DNA from: Syntrophorhabdaceae bacterium
Lineage (GTDB): Bacteria; Desulfobacterota; Syntrophorhabdia; Syntrophorhabdales; Syntrophorhabdaceae
Length of the DNA: 64,000 bases
Assembly (NCBI GenBank): GCA_963666485.2
Contig: CAXXUO010000001.1
Location: 352,001 to 416,000 of the forward strand
Reading direction: 5' to 3'
Shown here one piece after another: positions 9,855 through 19,025 of this stretch. The number at the start of each line of letters is the position of its first letter. Within the stretch, counting starts at the first letter, position 1. The notes under the pieces were generated by a model. That model worked only from the letters and a program-made list of their open reading frames with translations, was not told where the DNA came from and did not search any database. A program made the position numbers and the translations under genes.

Positions 9855-10649
9855 GTGGGGAAGGAACTGAACACGTCTGAACCGGTCATAGCAGTAGAAG
9901 GGCTTACCGTACGATACGGGGACAATACCGTCCTCGACAACGTCGCGTTCAAGGTAAACGCCGGGGAGATATTCGTCATCATGGGCGGGAGCGGATGCGG
10001 AAAGTCGACCCTCCTCAAGCATGTCATCGGCATTGAACAGCCTGCCGAAGGCAGGATATGGATAAACGGGGTCGACACCTCGCTCCTCGATGACGTAGAG
10101 CTGAGGGACCTGCATATGGGCATCGGCATGTTGTTCCAGTCGGCCGCGCTCTTCGGCTCGATGACGGTCGGCGAAAACATCTCCCTTCCCCTCACCGAGT
10201 TCACGCCCCTTTCACGCCCGGACATCCGATCGGTCGTGAAAATGAAACTCGGAATGGTGGAACTTGCGGGATACGACAATCATTTCCCTGCCGAGCTTTC
10301 GGGGGGAATGAAAAAAAGAGCGGGCATCGCCCGGGCAATGGCGCTCGAGCCCGCGATGCTTTTCCTCGATGAGCCTTCAGCCGGGCTCGACCCTGTCACA
10401 TCGGCGGAGCTCGACCTACTCATCAAGAAGCTCAACGAGGGCACCGGCACAACAATGGTCATCGTGACCCATGAGCTCGAGACCATTTTCAACATAGCAC
10501 ACCGCGTGATCATGCTCGACAGGGATGCAAAGGGCGTCATCGCGGAAGGCGACCCCCGCAGGTTGAGGACGGAGTCGAAGGACCGGAGGGTCACCGACTT
10601 CTTCAACAGGCGGGTGCCGGACAAAACGAACGAAGGAACGTCATCATGA
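9855..10649 (+). CDS. mlaF: MlaF-family ABC ATP-binding protein
   Basis: GGSGCGKST, LSGGMKKR, FLDEPSAGLDP. Confidence 0.92.
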   Translation: MGKELNTSEPVIAVEGLTVRYGDNTVLDNVAFKVNAGEIFVIMGGSGCGKSTLLKHVIGIEQPAEGRIWINGVDTSLLDDVELRDLHMGIGMLFQSAALFGSMTVGENISLPLTEFTPLSRPDIRSVVKMKLGMVELAGYDNHFPAELSGGMKKRAGIARAMALEPAMLFLDEPSAGLDPVTSAELDLLIKKLNEGTGTTMVIVTHELETIFNIAHRVIMLDRDAKGVIAEGDPRRLRTESKDRRVTDFFNRRVPDKTNEGTSS

Positions 10650-11569
10650 TAAAGAAAAAAACCTATTTCCTCGTGGGTTTTTTCGTACTGGCAGGTGCCC
10701 TCATTGCGATAGGCACCATAGTCTGGCTGGGAGCGTCTCAATATTTCGCCAAAGGCGAGCGCTTTGTCACATATTTCGATGAATCCGTCCAGGGCCTGCA
10801 GGTCGACTCGAGCGTAAAATATCGCGGGGTGGAGATCGGCATGGTTGAAAAGATCAGAGTCGCTCCCGATTACAGGTTGATCGAGGTCGTCATGAAGATC
10901 AATTTCAGCGGTGACGCGGCAAACAACACTATTGCCAAGTTGAAGGCGGCCGGGATAACGGGCATCGTGTATGTCGAACTCGACCACCGGAAAAGGGGCG
11001 ACCTCGCCAGGACACCGCCCATCCCCTTTGAACCGGATTATCCCCTGATCCCGTCGAACCCTTCCGAGCTACAGGAGATCGTGTCGGGGGTCGATGAAAT
11101 AGTCAAGAAAATGCAGGCGATAGATTTCCAGGCTATCTCGGATGAGCTTGTCGCCGCGACAAAAGGCGTGAACAATTTCTTCGCCGGCAACAAAATGAGC
11201 AAGATCATATCGAACCTGGAGCATATGACGCAGACGCTCGCCGATTCGGCAAACCAGGTCTCAAAAATGTTAGGCGACGGAAGGGCGGACGCCCTGCTCA
11301 CGGACGCACGCGATGCGGTGCGCGACGCCAAAGAGACGATCGCGCGGCTCAAACAGGAGATGGAAAAGATGAAGCTGGCCGAGACCACGGGGAAGGCAAA
11401 CAAGCTCATGGACGATCTCTCGCGCCGGTCGAGAACGATCACCATGGAGGTCCAGCAGACAAGCGAGAACCTGCGGAGGGCATCGGACAATCTCGATCAG
11501 CTCATACAGAGGCTCAAGGCGGACCCGTCGGACATACTGTTCAGTGACCCACCCCCGAAAAAGAGGTAG
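10646..11569 (+). CDS. mlaD: MlaD/MCE-family protein
   Basis: N-terminal TM, ESVQGLQVDSSVKYRGVEIG, helical C-terminus. Confidence 0.9.
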   Translation: MIKKKTYFLVGFFVLAGALIAIGTIVWLGASQYFAKGERFVTYFDESVQGLQVDSSVKYRGVEIGMVEKIRVAPDYRLIEVVMKINFSGDAANNTIAKLKAAGITGIVYVELDHRKRGDLARTPPIPFEPDYPLIPSNPSELQEIVSGVDEIVKKMQAIDFQAISDELVAATKGVNNFFAGNKMSKIISNLEHMTQTLADSANQVSKMLGDGRADALLTDARDAVRDAKETIARLKQEMEKMKLAETTGKANKLMDDLSRRSRTITMEVQQTSENLRRASDNLDQLIQRLKADPSDILFSDPPPKKR

Positions 11570-11572
11570 CGT

Positions 11573-12208
11573 ATGAAAATGAGGAAGAGAAATATAGGGC
11601 TTATTACTGCCATCATTATATGTACCGCGCTGTTGGCCGGCTGTTTCGGCAAGACCAAGCCTCCTTACACCATGGAACAGTTTACCCTGGACTACGCATC
11701 GCCGAAGGCGGGTGACCGGGCGCCGATCGATGAATTGCTGACGGTCGAAAGGTTCGCCATTGCACCCCAGTTCAATTCCCCGTCTATGATGATACGCACC
11801 GGGCAATACAAGTTCGAAACGTATGATTACAGCCGCTGGTTCGTCAACCCCGCCGATATGCTGACCGGCTTCGTCCTGCGGGACATCACGCGCTCGGGGT
11901 TGTTCAAGGGTACGTATTCCCAGTATGATACCGAGCTTTCCCGGTACCTCCTGGAAGGTTATATCGAGGACTTCGGGGAAACGGCCGACGGGCAAGCCCG
12001 GGTGAGCATCCGCATGACGCTCATCGACACAAGCCGACAGAACCCGGTGGAGCAGATAATCTTCCAGAGGCAGTACGCTCAGTCGGCGCCGCTCGCTGAC
12101 CACTCGGCAAACGGGCTCGCCGCCGCCTTGAGCTCGGCGATGCAGGAATTGTCGGCACGGCTTATCACCGATATAGATGCGGTATTACGGGCAAAAACCG
12201 GCAAATAG
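11573..12208 (+). CDS. PqiC-like ABC auxiliary lipoprotein
   Basis: Lipobox LAGC, YSRWFVNPADML, follows the MCE gene. Confidence 0.8.
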   Translation: MKMRKRNIGLITAIIICTALLAGCFGKTKPPYTMEQFTLDYASPKAGDRAPIDELLTVERFAIAPQFNSPSMMIRTGQYKFETYDYSRWFVNPADMLTGFVLRDITRSGLFKGTYSQYDTELSRYLLEGYIEDFGETADGQARVSIRMTLIDTSRQNPVEQIIFQRQYAQSAPLADHSANGLAAALSSAMQELSARLITDIDAVLRAKTGK

Positions 12209-12304
12209 TGCATGGCTACTTTTTGTTTGACTTTACCGGCGGCGAAAGAATATCTTAAAATCGAAGCATATCCCTCGGCAGGGGTTTAAAACCAAGGCTT
12301 ATTT

Positions 12305-13042
12305 ATGACACGCAAAGACCCACTTGTGGACCTGTTGATACACGATCTTACCGGTCCTTTATCCATCGTGTTGACGAGCGTGAACAACCTTCTCACCAAA
12401 GAAGAGAAGTGCGGCCCCTACACGGAATACCAGGTCGACACGTTAAAACGCGCCCAGCGCAACGCCGAGAAGGCAAAGGCCCTTTTGCTCGAGATCATCG
12501 AGGTCTACAGGTCCGAGGAAGGTCTCTTCCGCAACGAAAACTTCATGATTGCCGATGTCCTCAAGGAGGCCCTGCTCGATGCCCTGGAAATAGTCGATCC
12601 TGCTATATGCGAGGAGCTTTCCCGCGGCGGGGAGCAATCATTTACGGAAATACTCGCCCGCAACGGGATCACGATAGACCTGAGCGGGAGGTACTGTAAT
12701 GAATCCTTCAGCCATGATCCGAAAAAAATACGGCAGATACTGAGAAATCTCATATCGAACGCACTAAAGTATCGAAAGAAAACGATGAAATTGACCCTCA
12801 CCGGGGACAGCGACCTCGTCATTGCCGTCGAAGATGACGGGCGCGGCATCCCGCAGGAGAAACAGACCTATATTTTCAAGCGTTTTTTCAGCAGTCAGAA
12901 CAAAAAAGAGGAACCCGACGGACTCGGCTTCGGCCTCTCATGTGTAAAACATATTGTCGAAAAAATGAAAGGTGATATATCATTAAAAAGCGGTGAAGGT
13001 GCAGGTTCATGTTTTACCGTTCGTATACCGCCCCTTTCATAG
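12305..13042 (+). CDS. Cytoplasmic histidine kinase (HisKA + HATPase only)
   Basis: IHDLTGPL, NLISNALKY, DDGRGIP, GLGFGL; no sensor domain. Confidence 0.88.
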   Translation: MTRKDPLVDLLIHDLTGPLSIVLTSVNNLLTKEEKCGPYTEYQVDTLKRAQRNAEKAKALLLEIIEVYRSEEGLFRNENFMIADVLKEALLDALEIVDPAICEELSRGGEQSFTEILARNGITIDLSGRYCNESFSHDPKKIRQILRNLISNALKYRKKTMKLTLTGDSDLVIAVEDDGRGIPQEKQTYIFKRFFSSQNKKEEPDGLGFGLSCVKHIVEKMKGDISLKSGEGAGSCFTVRIPPLS

Positions 13043-13065
13043 ATGAACAAAAATAAAAGGAGGTT

Positions 13066-13557
13066 ATGATGGCACAATCAATTCTCGATGGAAAACGGAT
13101 ACTGGCAGTTGACGATGAGCCCGATGTCCTCAAAGTGCTTGAAGAAGAAATTATGGATTCGTGCCCGAAATGCACTCTCGATAAAGCGACCAATTTTGAA
13201 GATGCCTCCAACCTGATCGCCACGAAGAGCTACGATGTTGTCGTCCTCGACATCATGGGCGTGCGCGGCTTTGATCTCCTTGACATGGCCGTGAAGAAAA
13301 ACATGAAGGTCGCCATGCTCACAGCCCACGCATTGAGCCCCGAAGCACTCAAGAAATCGTATGACATGAAAGCGCGCGCCTATCTCCCGAAAGACAAGCT
13401 CGGTGAGGTGGTCCCTTTTCTTGAGGACGTCCTGGCGACGGATTTTCAGTCCGGCTGGACAAAGCTCTTCGAAAAGCTCCACGGTTTCTTCACCGACAGG
13501 TTCGAATCCGACTGGGAAAAGAAGACCGGCCTCACGTGGAGGGAGTGGCAGAAATAG
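13066..13557 (+). CDS. Single-domain response regulator with C-terminal extension
   Basis: ILAVDDEPD, VVLDIMG, MLTAH, YLPK. Confidence 0.9.
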   Translation: MMAQSILDGKRILAVDDEPDVLKVLEEEIMDSCPKCTLDKATNFEDASNLIATKSYDVVVLDIMGVRGFDLLDMAVKKNMKVAMLTAHALSPEALKKSYDMKARAYLPKDKLGEVVPFLEDVLATDFQSGWTKLFEKLHGFFTDRFESDWEKKTGLTWREWQK

Positions 13558-13573
13558 TAGAAAAAGGTTCAAT

Positions 13574-13607
13574 AAAAAAAGCGGGCCAAAACTGGCCCGC
13601 TTTTTTT
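13574..13607 (+). terminator. Intrinsic terminator (bidirectional form)
   Basis: A7-GCGGGCCA-aaac-TGGCCCGC-T7. Confidence 0.9.
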
Positions 13608-13608
13608 A

Positions 13609-13709
13609 TTCCAGGTTCCACGTTCCACGTAAAAGATACCGAACACCTCGAGGAATAACGGGAGATCTTCTTTTTTTAACGTGGAACGTGGAACCTGGAA
13701 CGTGGAACG
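13609..13709. repeat. Inverted heptamer-arm cassette (TTCCACG)n ... (CGTGGAA)n
   Basis: 3 units at 13609-13630, about 48 bp spacer, 4 reverse-complement units at 13679-13709. Confidence 0.9.
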
Positions 13710-13779
13710 GTTTCTTGATTTGCCCGCCCTTTTAAGTTAAATTACACAGGATTTAGCGAAGATCGGAGGACCATTTGCC

Positions 13780-14760
13780 ATGAAGCGGATATTCAGCGGG
13801 ATACAGCCGACGGGGGAGATACACCTGGGCAATTATGTCGGGGCGATCAGGAACTGGGTCTATCTCCAGGAAGAATATGATTGCATTTTCAGCGTGGTCG
13901 ACTACCATGCTATCACCATCGAATATCCCGTTGAGGAGATGGCGAGGCGCACTCTCGAAACCGGGCTTATCCTGCTTGCCTGCGGCCTCACCCCCGAAAA
14001 ATCCAGAATATTCGTCCAGTCGCACGTTCCCGAGCACACCGAGCTTGCCTGGATATTCAATACCGTGACGCCGATCGGTGAGGTCGAGCGAATGACGCAG
14101 TTCAAAGACAAGTCAAAACAGCACCGGTCGAACATCAACATGGGCCTCATGGACTACCCCGTGCTGCAGGCTGCTGACATCCTCCTTTACAAGGCCGGGT
14201 TCGTCCCTGTCGGCGAGGACCAGGTGCAGCACATCGAACTTTCCCGTGAGGTAGCGCGGAAGTTCAATGCCCGCTTCGGCGATGTCTTCCCCGAGCCCCA
14301 GGAGATACTGTCGATGGCCCCGCGGATCCTTGGCGTCGACGGCCAGGCCAAGATGTCGAAATCGCTGGGCAATTTTATCGGGGTCCTGGAAGATGAAAAA
14401 AGCATCTGGGAGAAGCTCCGCACCGCGGTCACAGACGTCAACCGGGTACGCAGGACCGACCCCGGTGACCCGAACATATGCAACATTTACACGATCCACC
14501 GGGCATTTTCCGAGAACAGCATGCTGATAGATATTGACAAAGGGTGCACGACCGCCGGTATCGGCTGCATCGACTGCAAGAAAATGCTTTTCGAGAACCT
14601 GAAAAAAGAGCTCACCCCTATCCGCGAAAAGGCCCGAGAACTTGAAGGCAACATCGATTACGTCAAGGACGTCCTTAACAAGGGCGCCGCGGCCTGCCGG
14701 GAGATAGCGGACGAAACCATGGAAGAAGTCAGGAAAGTCATGGGACTGTACGTTCCATAA
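13780..14760 (+). CDS. trpS: Tryptophan--tRNA ligase
   Basis: SGIQPTGEIHLGNYVGA, YPVLQAADIL, VPVGEDQVQH, KMSKS. Confidence 0.97.
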   Translation: MKRIFSGIQPTGEIHLGNYVGAIRNWVYLQEEYDCIFSVVDYHAITIEYPVEEMARRTLETGLILLACGLTPEKSRIFVQSHVPEHTELAWIFNTVTPIGEVERMTQFKDKSKQHRSNINMGLMDYPVLQAADILLYKAGFVPVGEDQVQHIELSREVARKFNARFGDVFPEPQEILSMAPRILGVDGQAKMSKSLGNFIGVLEDEKSIWEKLRTAVTDVNRVRRTDPGDPNICNIYTIHRAFSENSMLIDIDKGCTTAGIGCIDCKKMLFENLKKELTPIREKARELEGNIDYVKDVLNKGAAACREIADETMEEVRKVMGLYVP

Positions 14761-14762
14761 TC

Positions 14763-14842
14763 GTTCAAGGTTCAAGGTTCAAGGTTAAAAAACGGAAAGC
14801 TCCCCTGACAAACCTTGAACCCGGAACCTTGAACCTTGAACC
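14763..14842. repeat. Inverted heptamer-arm cassette (GTTCAAG)n ... (CTTGAAC)n
   Basis: 3 units begin 2 bp after the trpS stop; 4 reverse units at 14814-14841. Confidence 0.9.
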
Positions 14843-14854
14843 ATTTTTGTTTGG

Positions 14855-14883
14855 TTGACATTTTGCTTTCATGCTTTTAATAT
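14855..14883 (+). promoter_or_regulatory. Sigma70-type promoter
   Basis: TTGACA-17 bp-TAATAT. Confidence 0.55.
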
Positions 14884-14892
14884 TAAAGGAAC

Positions 14893-15171
14893 ATGTTAGA
14901 GAATCCCGTAAAGAAATACGGATTTATCATATTCCTCTCAACGATTTTCTTTCACCTTATCCTTATGGATGGGGGAATATATGACCTCTTAAAGGTCAAG
15001 CTGCAAACGAGATCGGCAAAATTATCTGTCATGCGGGTCGAAGAAGAGAATGCGGCACTTTCCCGTGAGCTTCGCAGGATAAAGGAAGACGACCAGTACC
15101 TGGAAGAAATGGTTCGAAAGAAATACGGTCTCGTACGTGAAGGGGAGAAGGTGTACAGGGTTGAACAATGA
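14893..15171 (+). CDS. ftsB: Septum formation initiator (FtsB/DivIC family)
   Basis: TM, coiled coil, YLEEMVRKKYGLVREGEKVY. Confidence 0.82.
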   Translation: MLENPVKKYGFIIFLSTIFFHLILMDGGIYDLLKVKLQTRSAKLSVMRVEEENAALSRELRRIKEDDQYLEEMVRKKYGLVREGEKVYRVEQ

Positions 15172-16043
15172 AATACGAAGGAACGATTTACAGGCCCCCC
15201 AGCGAGGCGGACAGCCTCATTCTACAGATAACGATCGGCTGCTCCCATAACAAGTGCACATTCTGCGGTTCTTATAAAGACAAGAAATTCCGGGTACGTA
15301 CATTTGAAGAGATAGCCGAAGACGTGCAGGAAGCAAAGCAGTATGCCCGTTACATCAGGAAGGTCTTCCTCGCTGACGGCGACGCGCTTATCCTCCCGCA
15401 GAAAAAGCTCCTGCCCATCGTCCAGCTTGTCAGGGATGCATTTCCCAAGCTCGAGCGGATAGGCGTCTACGGAAATACGAAGTCCATCCTCAAAAAATCG
15501 GTCGAGGAACTCAAGGAGCTCAAAGACCTGGGCGTGGGTATTGTCTACCTCGGGGTCGAATCGGGCGATCAGGTCGTCCTCGACAGGGTATGCAAAGGCA
15601 CGCTTCTCGATAAGACGGCCCAGGCGGCGCAAAGGGTGAAGGATGCCGGGATACTTCTTTCCGTGACCGTACTGCTCGGCTTAGGCGGCGTCGAGAGAAG
15701 CAGGATACACGCGGAAGAGACAGGGAAGTTCTTAAGCAGGATCAAGCCCGACTATGCCGGCGCCTTGAGCGTCATTGTCGTGCCCGGCACGGTGCTCGCC
15801 GATGAGATAAAGAAAGGCACGTTCGTCGTGCCCGACCCCTACATGCTTCTCGAAGAGCTCTACATCATGATCGAGAACACCAATGTCGACCACACGTATT
15901 TCGCTTCGAACCATGCCTCGAATTACCTTCCCGTCAAGGCATGGCTTCCCGAAGAGAAGGAAAAGACGTTAAAAGCGATAAAACATGTCCTGTCCGAGCG
16001 GGACCCGTCAATGCTCAGGCCCGAGTTCATGAGGGCCCTGTAG
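15168..16043 (+). CDS. Radical SAM protein, function unknown
   Basis: YRPPSEA, CSHNKCTFC (Cx4Cx2C variant), FLADGDAL, SNHASNY. Confidence 0.85.
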   Translation: MKYEGTIYRPPSEADSLILQITIGCSHNKCTFCGSYKDKKFRVRTFEEIAEDVQEAKQYARYIRKVFLADGDALILPQKKLLPIVQLVRDAFPKLERIGVYGNTKSILKKSVEELKELKDLGVGIVYLGVESGDQVVLDRVCKGTLLDKTAQAAQRVKDAGILLSVTVLLGLGGVERSRIHAEETGKFLSRIKPDYAGALSVIVVPGTVLADEIKKGTFVVPDPYMLLEELYIMIENTNVDHTYFASNHASNYLPVKAWLPEEKEKTLKAIKHVLSERDPSMLRPEFMRAL

Positions 16044-16044
16044 C

Positions 16045-16476
16045 ATGAACGCAATGATGGGCGGCAGTGACCTTGAATTTGTGGAGACACCCATACGTGT
16101 CCGGTATGCGGACACGGACCAGATGGGAATAGTCTACTACGGCAACTACCCCGCGTTTTTCGAGGTCGGCCGCAGCGAGTACATGCGCCAGAAAGGATAC
16201 CCGTACCGGGACGTTGAGCAAATGGGGTATTACTTCGTCGTGGTGGGCCTCGAGGCAAAATATTACGGCAACGCGACCTATGACGACGTTGTTGTCGTAA
16301 AGACCAGGATCACGGAGCTGAAATCGAGGGGGATCACCTTTCACTACGTCGTGACGCTCGACGGGACCCTTGTGGTCGAGGGGAGTACAAAGCACATCTG
16401 CATCAACAGCGATAAAAAACCGGTTACCATACCGCAAGAGATCCTCGATATATTCCGAGATGGCCGAACCGCATAA
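16045..16476 (+). CDS. YbgC/FadM-family acyl-CoA thioesterase
   Basis: IRVRYADTDQMGIVYYGNY...FEVGR. Confidence 0.9.
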   Translation: MNAMMGGSDLEFVETPIRVRYADTDQMGIVYYGNYPAFFEVGRSEYMRQKGYPYRDVEQMGYYFVVVGLEAKYYGNATYDDVVVVKTRITELKSRGITFHYVVTLDGTLVVEGSTKHICINSDKKPVTIPQEILDIFRDGRTA

Positions 16477-17521
16477 CATCCTGGTCATCCGCTTGAGTTC
16501 CTTGGGCGACGTCCTGATGAGCGTCCCGGCAGTGCGTGCATTGCGCCGGCGCTTTCCTCAAGCACATATCTCGTGGCTTGCCGAGGGGTCCGTCGCGGGC
16601 ATCCTCGCCCAGCAGGATTTCATCGACGACGTCATTTACTTCCCGCGGGGCGCCATCTCCCGGCATCTCAAAACAGGCCATTTGCCGACGACAGCGTACA
16701 TCCTGAAGGATTTCCTGAAAACCTTGAGGCAGCGTAAGTACGACCTCATCATTGATTTTCACGGGATCGCAAAGAGTGTCGCGATGATGCTGCTCGCGCG
16801 AGGAGGCAGGACCGTCGGTTTCGGGACCATGTACGCTAAGGACTTAAGCCACGTGTTCTACCGTGAAAAGATCCACGGGGTCCAAAAACGTATCCACAAA
16901 GTGGACCGGAACATGCTCGTTGCCAATTTTATGGGATGCAGTGAACAGGCGGCGGAACTTCCGCTTCGGGCCCATGATGAATCCCGTCGCTACATACGCG
17001 AGTTTTTCCAGTCTCACAATATACAGCAACCGGTATTTGCCGTGAATCCCTTTGCCAGCAAAGACTCCGCGTTCAAGCGCTGGCCGCTGGAGCGTTACGC
17101 AGACCTCGCAGGCAGGATCATAGAGAGCAAAATGGGATCCGTCGTCATTATCTGGGGCCCCGGGGAGCGCGAGGAGGCGACGAGGCTTGCCGCAATGGCG
17201 GGGGAAGGCGTCGAGCTCGCCTGCCAGACCGATATTGCCCAGCTCTATGCCCTTCTTACCGAGTGCTGCGCCTATATCGGCGGCGATACGGGAACGACCC
17301 ATCTTGCATCCGCGGCGCAGATACCCGTCATCAGCCTTTTCGGGCCAACTGATTTTATTGTGAACCGCCCGTATTCCCGAAAAAGCATCATTATCCGCAA
17401 GGACATACCCTGCAGTCCATGCAAGAACAAGAGCTGCAAAACACGTGAATGCCTGATGGACATATCCGTGGACGAGGTTTTCGAAACGGTAAGAAAGGTC
17501 AACCCGGCAAACGAGGCATAA
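16460..17521 (+). CDS. GT9 heptosyltransferase (WaaC-like)
   Basis: ILVIRLSSLGDVL, KRWPLERY, GGDTGTTHLA, LFGPT. Confidence 0.88.
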   Translation: MAEPHNILVIRLSSLGDVLMSVPAVRALRRRFPQAHISWLAEGSVAGILAQQDFIDDVIYFPRGAISRHLKTGHLPTTAYILKDFLKTLRQRKYDLIIDFHGIAKSVAMMLLARGGRTVGFGTMYAKDLSHVFYREKIHGVQKRIHKVDRNMLVANFMGCSEQAAELPLRAHDESRRYIREFFQSHNIQQPVFAVNPFASKDSAFKRWPLERYADLAGRIIESKMGSVVIIWGPGEREEATRLAAMAGEGVELACQTDIAQLYALLTECCAYIGGDTGTTHLASAAQIPVISLFGPTDFIVNRPYSRKSIIIRKDIPCSPCKNKSCKTRECLMDISVDEVFETVRKVNPANEA

Positions 17522-17522
17522 A

Positions 17523-19025
17523 ATGCGAATTCTTTTTATCTACCCCAACATAAACACCCAGGTCGGCTTCAATTACGGTATTTCGTATATTTCCGGGTTT
17601 CTGAAGGAAAAAGGCGTCGAGACCGGGCTGCTCAATATCAATGAAAAGCTGGGATACCCCTTCGACCTCAACCGCATAAAAGAGGACGTCCTCGCGTTCC
17701 GGCCGGACATGATCGGTTTTTCCGTCCTTACCAATCAATATAAATATGCCCTCGAGATAGCGAGAGACATAAAACGATACCTCGATGTCCCCATTTTGTT
17801 CGGCGGTATCCACGTTACGATGGACCCCGTCGAAACGCTGATGCAGGACGAGGTCGATCTCATCTGCATCGGTGAAGGAGAAGAGGCCCTTGCGGAGCTC
17901 CTCGCAAAAGGGAACCCGGTTGGCGTTCGCAATATCGGGCGGAAGGAGAACGGCAAGCCGGTGATCGAGCCCCTGCGCCCCTACACGGATATAAGCACAT
18001 TGCCATTCAAGGACTACGAGATCTTCGATTTCCAGAAGATGATCGACGCGAAGGACGGGTGGGTCGGGCTCACCGCCTCGAGGGGCTGCCCCTTCCGGTG
18101 CACCTACTGCCTCAACCACAAGATAATCGATGTCTATAAAGGCAGCGGCCACATGCCGAGGGGATACATACGCAGGCACACGGTCGACCAGATGATCGAA
18201 GAGATAGAATATCTCCTGAAGAACTACGAGCGCATCACGATGTTCATATTCGACGATGATATCTTCACGTTCGACAAGGCATGGCTCAGGGAATTCACCG
18301 AGCGCTACCGGTCGATCACCAGCATCCCCTTTGTTTGCAATGCCCACGCGCGCATCTTCGACGATGAAACGGCGCGCCTTCTCAAGAATGCGGGATGCCG
18401 CATCGTCAAGTTCGGGCTTGAGAGCGGCAGCGACCGGATACGCCGCAAGGTGCTTCAACGGTACATGTCCAACAAACATATAGCGGACGCTTTCGCAACA
18501 GCTGAAAAACACGGGCTCCACACGTCCGCCTTCGTCATGCTCGGGCTCCCTTATGAAACGATCGAAGACATTCGCGATACGGTGGACCTCCTTGCCGAGA
18601 TAAAACCCGGAAGGTTCAGGTGGTCGCTCTTCTTCCCGTTCATCGGGACAAAGGCCTACAGCATAGCCGAGTCATCCGGCCAGATCGATCGAGAGCGCAT
18701 GGAAGAGCTCGACAACTTTACCGACGAGACCTGCATGAGGCTCGGGGACGATGTCGACCTCTACTGCGACAAGGTCAAATCGATCCTGTGCGCTTTCGTG
18801 AATGCCCGGTCGGGGCTCGAACATACCGACGGGTTCCGCCGCCTTGTAGACGAGGTAGAATCGATGGACTCACACTCCTGGCGGGACAAAAAGGAAAATA
18901 TTTTCAAGATAATAGAGAAACTCAACGAAGAGATGGAAAAATCGGGTGGACTCCATTATACTGTGAAATACAATCCTTTTATGGGCGTACGGAGTGACTG
19001 GAAAGACGATAGTATATCTTCCTAA
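17523..19025 (+). CDS. Cobalamin-binding radical SAM protein (class B methyltransferase-like)
   Basis: N-terminal B12-binding region (GGIHVT, IGEGE), SRGCPFRCTYC, FDDDIF, GLESGS. Confidence 0.88.
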   Translation: MRILFIYPNINTQVGFNYGISYISGFLKEKGVETGLLNINEKLGYPFDLNRIKEDVLAFRPDMIGFSVLTNQYKYALEIARDIKRYLDVPILFGGIHVTMDPVETLMQDEVDLICIGEGEEALAELLAKGNPVGVRNIGRKENGKPVIEPLRPYTDISTLPFKDYEIFDFQKMIDAKDGWVGLTASRGCPFRCTYCLNHKIIDVYKGSGHMPRGYIRRHTVDQMIEEIEYLLKNYERITMFIFDDDIFTFDKAWLREFTERYRSITSIPFVCNAHARIFDDETARLLKNAGCRIVKFGLESGSDRIRRKVLQRYMSNKHIADAFATAEKHGLHTSAFVMLGLPYETIEDIRDTVDLLAEIKPGRFRWSLFFPFIGTKAYSIAESSGQIDRERMEELDNFTDETCMRLGDDVDLYCDKVKSILCAFVNARSGLEHTDGFRRLVDEVESMDSHSWRDKKENIFKIIEKLNEEMEKSGGLHYTVKYNPFMGVRSDWKDDSISS